This document shows positions 17,801 to 24,262 of a stretch of 64,000 nt of DNA, piece after piece. Where the stretch lies: positions 1 through 64,000 of IMG/VR virus record IMGVR_UViG_3300035688_000002; one strand, 5' to 3'. The notes beneath the pieces are model-generated. The model saw only the letters and a program-made list of their open reading frames with translations, had not been told where the DNA came from and ran no database searches. Position 1 is the stretch's first letter. Every line of letters starts with the position of its first letter. The translations under genes and the position numbers were made by a program. This DNA is from a virus.

Positions 17801-18037
17801 ATCTCGCTCTGGGTCTCCCACAAGCCCTGCCCCCATTAGGGATTTGCTTGACTCATACCAATACCAGTCTATTTCATCAAAGAGTTCTTCGATGAATGGG
17901 CCTTCGTCACTTTCCGCCTTGATTATCCCTTTTGCTAGAAGCCCCCGAAAGACCCTGAGAGCCTTTTCCTTAGAGTCATAGACACACGGGCCTTTCCCGA
18001 TATGCCACTTCCCATTGGAACACTGCCTTATTGGCAT
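14837..18037 (-). CDS. MuF-like minor head polyprotein with an ADP-ribosyltransferase-fold domain and a C-terminal HipA/PI3-PI4-kinase-like domain
   Basis: HCDDC...C..RC.C MuF-like motif; FYHST....SI.KNG (Tpt1/ART fold); GIYKP, RE..SY, VP.T, GSVQ, D.LIGN.DRH..N.L, AIDNG kinase motifs; two EGGPGSGxHHNKPGRWG motifs. Confidence 0.8.
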   Translation of the reverse strand: MPIRQCSNGKWHIGKGPCVYDSKEKALRVFRGLLAKGIIKAESDEGPFIEELFDEIDWYWYESSKSLMGAGLVGDPERDMFTQAFVSVGGFDKTAYRASLSGYQKLRKGFELQIQDIVQAVGEGGLSIKTAAERFKDFGTDAYQQAFRYGGMRTGNPYYKDMGLTTVDMKFGVTAQQAEQRYLQRFLANIQVGTSTQRKQEAVFSSLSASVRAQEYAKSLDAQFWNGYVACAPEQQLIHWQLGHPISDHCDDCIELNAGSPYTRSTLPTVPRAGDTVCLSRCYCSLAYVNPGFGTEQPGGFGGFGAAPETGVSRTGLESSSCLVATEEGGPVSSDVVRLFSDLFDEMNLLRAKMSLSSGDELAQYAASRKLVNAEIIQLQQSYNVRAVPRWSSGDVVKRAEALRNRGLELVREVWKCPIGWGEAVIEEGGPGSGQHHNKPGRWGNRTALIFYHSTTAEAVNSIKKNGIVPGGVPGGFGQRNFPDYYYTGERANSVFMCSTLFDAKSWGKVIGDELRMKFSLREQPKIIVFEVRVPKKTEMIADIHAPKGSYYVKGRIPPSWIAAVHKGDYETEEALAKGDESIFYVPLIFVLSPMSGEKAVIGEGGPGSGEHHNKPGRWGADSRMGVMGVAGASPDKIKNLLASKGFLFNTIEKKGEIYIAHKEFFLSHGGSSEKEALKIQRAIPGAKIIDHGERWSTFRRPGRPLTQKQSHWWVKFTLPAKKAESLEEERESHMAKLMPGLRFLKSKILLEQFRAKGPCIRLGMVVWECVGVNIRVGTVTKIEGNMVTIKRPQGTFMTTPADSVLLTEPTPAEQLPLTFENAKVVRETPIARGGLNESITVELEDGSRGIYKPIKGEDPTWGGRLDLFDESTDAARRETFSYELDKRLGYNIVPETALKEGSRGAGSVQKHLGAEAMTLEEWKHMSAMGAIPDLTVEAKLQLKKIALFDMLIGNTDRHIANVLLTKAREGQARLWAIDNGYSMALRNVSDAYQSLPFELVRGEPIPRELLARVERLVERRKEINTLAKKCGIEDSAMKHFWARVKNILKSKRFDYHVFDSWWTGT

Positions 18038-19663
18038 GATTCAAACTGACAGCGTGTCTGTTATATTTATCTCAGGGGTGTCCAAAGTGACTTAGCAGCC
18101 CACATAGAGGGTTTTACTCTCCATCTGGGATTCGCTGGAACGCTCTTAGGTCTCAATGCTCTGACTCTTGCCAATCTCTGATTCCACTTTTGAAGTGCTG
18201 CCTTAGCCCCTGCACTTCCGAACCTTTTTGCTCCAATAGCAGCTCCGGTAGCCTTCTTGACTATGCCCTTCTCGACTCTCTGATATTGTTTCTTATAGGC
18301 ACGGGCGCTTTTTGCCGCAAAGCGCCCAGAATAGGCCCAAAACCTTGGGCGGCCAGCTACCGGTGCCGCTTTGGCAGATACTGGAGCGCGCAAGATTCTC
18401 TCTCCATGACCAGGTGCACCCGCTCCCCCACCCCCTCCCCAGCGTCCGGGCTTATTGTGATGTTGCCCAGAACCAGGGCCTCCCTCGATGAACCCTCGAT
18501 AATCTCTAATAATGTTTGCTAATCTTTCTTCATAAGACATGAATTCCTCCTTACATACTCCCACCATGACCTCTGACTATATCTTTTACTTCCCCCCAAG
18601 AAGCACCGCCTTTTGATCGACCCAGGCGCCTATATGCTCGCATAGCTGAATCAACTGTGGCTTGGGGCTTCCCGCTCTGTTTGAGATAAAATTCGATAGA
18701 AAGTTTCTGACTGCGAGCTATGTGTCCCTTTGGATTTCTATGAACGTCTTGAGCTGCTCTAGTGGCAGCATCAGCAGATCGGATTTTCTGAAAAAGTGAA
18801 TTTAGCTCCGACTTGGGATAGGTTACATCGAGAGGACGGAGACTTTTGTCACTTCCACCCCCGCCTCCTCCCCATCTCCCTGGTTTATTATGGTGTTGAC
18901 CACTTCCTGGCCCTCCCTCTGTAAATCTCTCATAATCAATCACGATATTTGCCAGCTTTTCTCCATAGTCCATGAATTCCTCCTTGCCTGTCATTCTCAA
19001 TTTTCTCTGAAGAGACTTATATTGCCAGCTATCGAGACCGTGTTTGTGGCTGGTGTCCCACAAGAGGCTTATCTTTGCCTGACGATATCTTGCTGAATCA
19101 GTGCCATACTTTTTGGCAATCTTATCTATCTTCGAACCTGTTTCTTTTACCCATCCTGAGCGAGCTTCACTTCCACCTCCTCGCTTGCTAGTCCCTCCCG
19201 TTCCCCAACGGCCTGGCTTATTGTGATGCTGTCCGCTACCGAGACCCCCCTCAGCAATATCCTCGTGAGTTCTTTGTGTCTCGATACGGCTCAATAATCC
19301 TGCAAAAGTACTCCTTGTGTTAGCAAGCGGATAAAACCTGCGTGGCTCTTCTCTAGATGAGATAGACTTGAGAGTCTTATCAAGAGCTAACACCTGCCGA
19401 CGTAAATGGTCACCAGTTCTTATCTGATCAGCCCTTGAGATTGTCATCCCCAAATATGTTTTCTTTATCGCACCAAGGTCTTTCTTATCAAGATACGCAG
19501 TGTGCAACAGAACGTCACCTATGTCAGAAGGCAACCCTGCTATGTCGGTTGTCCCTATTCGTTTTCCTGCCCCATCCCCTTTCTCTGGTGCTTTCTCTGC
19601 TCCTCCGCCAGTACCCCACCTTCCGGGTTTATTATGGTGTTGGCCTGAACCTGGACCACCTTC
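16178..19663 (-). repeat. six dispersed in-frame copies of a 17-codon motif EGG(P/L)GSG(Q/E)HHNKPGRWG
   Basis: Copies at 16178-16228, 16706-16756, 18436-18486, 18869-18919, 19202-19252 and 19613-19663; peptides near-identical, codons differ. Confidence 0.95.
18067..18540 (-). CDS. basic putative internal head protein with one GGPGSG motif
   Basis: Likely start ATG 18540 (GGAGGAATTCATG) just after the upstream stop; Arg/Lys/Ala-rich. Confidence 0.75.
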   Translation of the reverse strand: MSYEERLANIIRDYRGFIEGGPGSGQHHNKPGRWGGGGGAGAPGHGERILRAPVSAKAAPVAGRPRFWAYSGRFAAKSARAYKKQYQRVEKGIVKKATGAAIGAKRFGSAGAKAALQKWNQRLARVRALRPKSVPANPRWRVKPSMWAAKSLWTPLR

Positions 19664-19678
19664 GATAATTGTTTGCAT
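18551..19678 (-). CDS. putative internal head polyprotein with three GGPGSG motifs
   Basis: Three motif-led basic modules; internal RBS+ATG at 18973. Confidence 0.8.
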   Translation of the reverse strand: MQTIIEGGPGSGQHHNKPGRWGTGGGAEKAPEKGDGAGKRIGTTDIAGLPSDIGDVLLHTAYLDKKDLGAIKKTYLGMTISRADQIRTGDHLRRQVLALDKTLKSISSREEPRRFYPLANTRSTFAGLLSRIETQRTHEDIAEGGLGSGQHHNKPGRWGTGGTSKRGGGSEARSGWVKETGSKIDKIAKKYGTDSARYRQAKISLLWDTSHKHGLDSWQYKSLQRKLRMTGKEEFMDYGEKLANIVIDYERFTEGGPGSGQHHNKPGRWGGGGGGSDKSLRPLDVTYPKSELNSLFQKIRSADAATRAAQDVHRNPKGHIARSQKLSIEFYLKQSGKPQATVDSAMRAYRRLGRSKGGASWGEVKDIVRGHGGSM

Positions 19679-19745
19679 TTTCCCTATGGACCTCCTCTCT
19701 TTAGCCTTCCTCTATAGACTTAATGAGCTCTCCTGTCCTGACTAG

Positions 19746-19949
19746 TCATTTCTCTTCTTCTACGGCTGTCAGAGTCCCTTTGCAATCTTTCTCGGGACAG
19801 GGCTCTCCATCACAGGGTTTATCCCAAGTCACTTCCGCTCCGCATTCGTCACACTCACAGGTGTAAGTTTCTTTGTCATCCTGCTCTCTTCTCTCCCATT
19901 CTACCACATACTCCTTATAGGCAGTTAGAATGTCATTATAGTCTTTCAT
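19746..19949 (-). CDS. small acidic Zn-finger-like protein
   Basis: GGAGG RBS before ATG 19949; CECDEC...PC...CP..DC. Confidence 0.65.
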   Translation of the reverse strand: MKDYNDILTAYKEYVVEWERREQDDKETYTCECDECGAEVTWDKPCDGEPCPEKDCKGTLTAVEEEK

Positions 19950-20014
19950 ACTTTCACCTCCTGAAAGATATCTTCTCATGTTATTTTTCTATCTACCTCT
20001 AATACCAAAATTTC

Positions 20015-20377
20015 TTAGTGAATCATAGCCTCTATAATCCGAAAAATCTCAGTTTCCTCATTCTCTATCTCAAGTACAATTTCATAAATCTCATCCTTGC
20101 TCCATTCAATTTGCAGAGCCATAAAATAATCTCCTAGCTGCAAATTAGTATCTGTAGGAGTGAGGTCAATCCTCAAATATCCTTTTGAAGGAACATCCAC
20201 GGCAATCCCATTGCCGACCGTTTTACTGATTTTGGGGGTCGCGTCGCTTTTCTTCTCTTTTACCTGGAACTTAATTGCAGTGGCAGCTATAAGATTTTGA
20301 AGAAGCACTCCCTTCCTATCACAAATCGGTATCTCTTGAACCGACGTTTTGCCTTTTTTCACTTCCCAATTTCCCAT
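20015..20377 (-). CDS. virion structural protein, BppU-like Ig fold
   Basis: G.I.V..P..G...I.LTP.DT....G.Y...LQI pattern; structural gene context. Confidence 0.6.
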   Translation of the reverse strand: MGNWEVKKGKTSVQEIPICDRKGVLLQNLIAATAIKFQVKEKKSDATPKISKTVGNGIAVDVPSKGYLRIDLTPTDTNLQLGDYFMALQIEWSKDEIYEIVLEIENEETEIFRIIEAMIH

Positions 20378-20512
20378 TTATCCTCCTCTTGGCAAAAGTT
20401 TTAGAATACCCTTGATTCTTATATTCTTCTCTTTTCTCCCGACAATCTTAACTTCTTTTTCAAGCTGGCTTTCTATTGGTGCTTTCCCTTTGAGAATTCC
20501 CTTGATATTCAT
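20378..20512 (-). CDS. 44-aa basic ORF missing from the ORF track (MNIKGILKGKAPIESQLEK...)
   Basis: ATG overlaps the upstream TGA (ATGA); its TAA abuts the next ATG; fills the gap exactly. Confidence 0.6.
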   Translation of the reverse strand: MNIKGILKGKAPIESQLEKEVKIVGRKEKNIRIKGILKLLPRGG

Positions 20513-21441
20513 TTCTCCAACCAGCCCTTTATTTTTCCCTTTCCTTCAAGGAATCCTTTAATCAACCTGTCCACATATTTATATACAATTGGCTGGGCCG
20601 CCCTGCCAAGCATAATCAAAGAACCACTAGCAGACATTACAACTATCCCCTCTCCTGCTTTTAAAGCAATTTCTGTTATCAAACCTTTGCCGATGATTAT
20701 CGCCGATGAAAAGCCTGCCTTCCTGCCTTCCAAAGCAAGCAGTCCACCACCTGAAATAAGGGATGATCCACCATGTTCTTCCCCTTCTTTTCTTACTCCG
20801 GATGCAGTTAAAGAGCCGCAACCGGAGATTATGACTGAATCATAAGCAGACTTTTTTCCTTCAGATATTATCAACCCACCAACTGAAGTTGCGAAAGAAT
20901 TCTTAGCACTCTTCCGACCATCGGCTGGAACCACCCCGCCGCCAGAAATAGCTGAACCATCCTTGCCGCCTTTTATCCCTTCGGATGCGAACTCCCCGCT
21001 CCCAGAGACAACCCCGATGCCAGAATGGAATTCAACCGCTGACCCAATAGCTGATAAAGAACCGCCTCCGGATATCGATGCCAATCCCGATGATTCTTTT
21101 TCCCCTATTGCTTCAAGATTCCCAGCACCAGAAATTAACTCTATTCCCTTCGCTTCTTTTCTGCCTATGCCGACGAGTTCACCCTTGCCCTGGATAACAA
21201 TATCGGCCTGGACGGCTTTTTGTCCGATTACAATCTGCTGTCCGTTGCCAGATATTGAGGTAATGCCCAACATTCCGGCAATGGCGAGAACCGTGAGCAA
21301 TCCCTTTCCTGATGTTAAGGCAGAGCCCTTTCCGCCTTTTTGGATAATATTAGCAAGCGACCCGTTTCCAGAAATTACGGCAGAGCCAGAATGTTCTTCT
21401 CCAACAGGCGCTGATTGACCAAAAAATATCTTTAATGACAT
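20509..21441 (-). CDS. Gly-rich repeat virion protein (about 20-aa G..xISGxGxL repeats)
   Basis: About a dozen imperfect ISG.G.L repeats. Confidence 0.7.
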   Translation of the reverse strand: MSLKIFFGQSAPVGEEHSGSAVISGNGSLANIIQKGGKGSALTSGKGLLTVLAIAGMLGITSISGNGQQIVIGQKAVQADIVIQGKGELVGIGRKEAKGIELISGAGNLEAIGEKESSGLASISGGGSLSAIGSAVEFHSGIGVVSGSGEFASEGIKGGKDGSAISGGGVVPADGRKSAKNSFATSVGGLIISEGKKSAYDSVIISGCGSLTASGVRKEGEEHGGSSLISGGGLLALEGRKAGFSSAIIIGKGLITEIALKAGEGIVVMSASGSLIMLGRAAQPIVYKYVDRLIKGFLEGKGKIKGWLEK

Positions 21442-21448
21442 CGTTTCC

Positions 21449-21763
21449 TTATGCGGTTGTTGGAATACTTAACACAAAATCACACCATTCCTTTGGACTC
21501 GTCTGGTCGATGAAAACCAGCGTCACCACATCGGCATTCATCTCAGCAGCCGACAATTCAACCAGAACACACACGGATGCCGCTGGAACATTCGTTGGTA
21601 TAGTCCCGAGGTTATTCAATCCCGCTCCATCCTTATCTATTTTGAAATCACCAGAGGCCAAAGTCGGCGAGGACTTGAATGAACGCGGATCGTTTGCGTC
21701 CATCAAAGCAATGCGAATCTTGAAATCTTCATTTTTCTTGGGTGGATTATATGGTGCGGCCAT
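21449..21763 (-). CDS. putative virion structural protein
   Basis: Beta-rich 104 aa in a tightly packed structural operon. Confidence 0.65.
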   Translation of the reverse strand: MAAPYNPPKKNEDFKIRIALMDANDPRSFKSSPTLASGDFKIDKDGAGLNNLGTIPTNVPAASVCVLVELSAAEMNADVVTLVFIDQTSPKEWCDFVLSIPTTA

Positions 21764-21764
21764 A

Positions 21765-22427
21765 TTAAACTACTCCTATTTGATAATTTGCCTTTCCGGC
21801 GGGCAGAAACTTGAGGTCATTTGAAAGCAAGAGAATTGGAGTGCAAGCCGTATTGTCAGCAGATTGCGGTAAGTTGTTTGCCCCTGTAGCCAACGGGTCA
21901 CCGAAGGCGGCGGAAAAGTTATGCCGTCCTCCACCAGTGACTGGCAACCCGTCTCCTCCAATTTCCAATACCAATCGAAATGGCACATTCAGAATGAGCG
22001 ATGACCCCGCCCTGACTTCGCAATAACCGGTAATGGCAGTCGCCATCTCTGCAATGGCGGATTTAAAGATTGCCACGATGTTCCCCAGCGAAGCTCCTCC
22101 TGCTGCTGGAACTGCATACAGCGTCCAGGCTGCATAAAGATTATTGAGCGCATTCGATTCCAGCATTCTAAGCCCTAAGAGGATTTGCTGTGCAGCAATA
22201 GTCTGCGGAGGGAGGATGTCTGAGATAAATTGTGCAATCATTGTGGCAACATCAGTTAAGTGATCTGCCGCATCTGGAGCATAATCTAATTGTGTTAGTG
22301 CGGTATTCTGCCGAGTCAATTGCATCTTGCGATTCACGGCATTAATGTGTCCATCCCAGATCACTGAACTCGGCGTTACACTAATCTCAGCAGCCCCACT
22401 CGAAGGAAGCCAGAAAACAGTAGCCAT
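21765..22427 (-). CDS. putative virion structural protein
   Basis: Ala/Thr/Gly-rich 220 aa in the structural operon. Confidence 0.65.
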   Translation of the reverse strand: MATVFWLPSSGAAEISVTPSSVIWDGHINAVNRKMQLTRQNTALTQLDYAPDAADHLTDVATMIAQFISDILPPQTIAAQQILLGLRMLESNALNNLYAAWTLYAVPAAGGASLGNIVAIFKSAIAEMATAITGYCEVRAGSSLILNVPFRLVLEIGGDGLPVTGGGRHNFSAAFGDPLATGANNLPQSADNTACTPILLLSNDLKFLPAGKANYQIGVV

Positions 22428-22440
22428 TTGTGAAATCTCG

Positions 22441-23031
22441 TTATGCGTTCAAATCCAAGTCCGCATCGGTTAGGGTATATGTTCCCTGAGCTCCGAAAGT
22501 TTCCTGTGTCACATCATCCAGACCCAATAGCACTCCGGCTGTAACCGCGCTAAAGAATCCGACATAATTGACTACTGCACCGGCGGGACAGTCCAGCACG
22601 GGCTGATCAGAACTGTCCATAGAGCCTTCAACGGGGTCGCTGAGTGCGATTGTCTTCCGTGCATAGGCAGGTGACCCACCTGCCAATTCTACCAACTTCA
22701 CCACACTAACGCTACTTACGTCGGTTGTGAAATTATGGGCTGATCCACCCGGGGTTTCAGACAGCTGAAAAGTATTCCCTGCCACGCCAATGACAAAATA
22801 CGGATATTCTTCGCGCAGGCCAGCGCCTCCAACGAGAGTACGCAAGACCACAAGATCCCCGTTAGACAATCCGTGACTTACTTTTGTAAATATATCGGTA
22901 GCAGCAACACCGGTTACTCCGGCGAGCACCGGATTCTCATCATATAATCCTACATGAGTAATTGGAGTTGTCGGATTTGTACCCTTGAGGGCCTTGAGCA
23001 TCTCATGTTTTCCTAATGTGCTATAAGCCAT
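22441..23031 (-). CDS. virion fibre/decoration-type protein with an inserted small beta domain
   Basis: VGLY...P, ELAGG..YAR, V..VG.F.A.T.G pattern of phage minor structural proteins; HGL.NGD.V...YFV....N.FQLS insert. Confidence 0.65.
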   Translation of the reverse strand: MAYSTLGKHEMLKALKGTNPTTPITHVGLYDENPVLAGVTGVAATDIFTKVSHGLSNGDLVVLRTLVGGAGLREEYPYFVIGVAGNTFQLSETPGGSAHNFTTDVSSVSVVKLVELAGGSPAYARKTIALSDPVEGSMDSSDQPVLDCPAGAVVNYVGFFSAVTAGVLLGLDDVTQETFGAQGTYTLTDADLDLNA

Positions 23032-23050
23032 TTTTAATCTCCTTTATTCC

Positions 23051-23089
23051 ATTTTATCAAACTATTTCATCTGAAATAGCACTTGTCAA
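23051..23089 (-). promoter_or_regulatory. promoter-like region containing an 8-bp inverted repeat
   Basis: TTGACA at 23084-23089, TGATAAAAT extended -10, CTATTTCA-2 nt-TGAAATAG palindrome between them. Confidence 0.45.
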
Positions 23090-23093
23090 TCTT

Positions 23094-23124
23094 AAACAAA
23101 AACAGCGGCTACGATAACCGTTGT
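23094..23124 (-). terminator. intrinsic terminator
   Basis: ACAACGGTTA-TCG-TAGCCGCTGT followed by TTTTGTTT on the minus strand. Confidence 0.55.
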
Positions 23125-23208
23125 CTCCACACTACCCAGTCCCCTGACCCGGAGCAAACGTCTGCTTGGACAATATTAGAAATACAATCTGACCCGGCTT
23201 CAAAGGCT

Positions 23209-23709
23209 TCACTCCCTCAGATGCCATCGCCCTTTTGATGATCTGGCATATTTTGACTCAAACCTGAACCATGCCCACTTTCTCGGGTCTGCCTTTTCCA
23301 GACCTTCAATGAAGTACTCCCTCCACTCTTGAATGAGATCAAGCCTGTAATTGAATAAGCGTCTCAGAATGACTGGGACTGTCTGAAGCTTCTCGAATCT
23401 TTCAGCCTGGATTACATAGCCATTGTCTTTGATCCACTTACGGATTTGTGACTGATCCCATTTGTCTTTGGCAAAGAGAAGTGACTGGGTAATCCATTTC
23501 CCTTTCTCGTCTTTGCAGCGTACTGCCTTTAATCCTTTGTCTGCGCTGAGGACGAGCATTGCGTATGTTCCCTTACAGGCTGAGGGAGGTCTCTGTCTGA
23601 CTCTGAAATTATTGGCTGCATCCTGACCCGGATCGATCCCAGGCTCCCAAAAATCCTGTCCGTTTATCTCAAATTTAAGCGGAGGACAATCGAGACATTC
23701 ATCTTTCAT
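23209..23709 (-). CDS. hypothetical head-module protein
   Basis: 166-aa ORF with RBS; RVRQR.P...QSLLF.KDKW....RKWI pattern. Confidence 0.6.
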   Translation of the reverse strand: MKDECLDCPPLKFEINGQDFWEPGIDPGQDAANNFRVRQRPPSACKGTYAMLVLSADKGLKAVRCKDEKGKWITQSLLFAKDKWDQSQIRKWIKDNGYVIQAERFEKLQTVPVILRRLFNYRLDLIQEWREYFIEGLEKADPRKWAWFRFESKYARSSKGRWHLRE

Positions 23710-23791
23710 TCTCTTCTCCTATCTCTGACTGAATAAGACCGTTGAAGCAGTCTTACTCACAAAATAACAAGCTAAGTCAAGCTTGGATGAC

Positions 23792-24253
23792 TTAGCCATG
23801 TTTCTTTATCACCCTCTTATGCCCAATCTCATTCTCAAATTCTAAGAATTTGAGCGCACACAGAGCAACCTGTTTGTTAAAGGCCGAATAAAGATCTGCC
23901 ATCCTATTTTGATTTTCTTTGATAGCACCATTCTCTTCCTCAACCTGGCGGGAAAGGAATTCAAGTTTAGTCTTCATTGCTACACACTCTAAAGCAACCC
24001 CATTGATCCCTTCATACAGCTTATCAACCTTTCCCTCTATACGAGCTAAACCTGGAAAAAACTCACTAAATGTTGCTGTTGGATCAGTCTGTAAGGGATT
24101 CTTAAGTTCTGATTTTACTTCCTCTTTTGCCTCCTTCCGTGTCTCATTGATTCGGTTGACAATCCATTTAATAAACCGAAAGACCTTATCAAGAATCAAC
24201 ACAGCTACTCCACCTGCCAATATGTAGGCTAAATAACTAGGTATCTGAATCAT
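23792..24253 (-). CDS. membrane-anchored coiled-coil protein
   Basis: N-terminal TM helix followed by heptad repeats. Confidence 0.65.
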   Translation of the reverse strand: MIQIPSYLAYILAGGVAVLILDKVFRFIKWIVNRINETRKEAKEEVKSELKNPLQTDPTATFSEFFPGLARIEGKVDKLYEGINGVALECVAMKTKLEFLSRQVEEENGAIKENQNRMADLYSAFNKQVALCALKFLEFENEIGHKRVIKKHG

Positions 24254-24262
24254 TCTTTCTCC

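Noticed and set aside
16178-19663. GGPGSG repeats as a CRISPR array or DGR template/variable repeats
   Set aside because: Spacing is irregular (hundreds to over a thousand bp), differences are synonymous rather than adenine-specific, and no cas or reverse transcriptase gene is in the window
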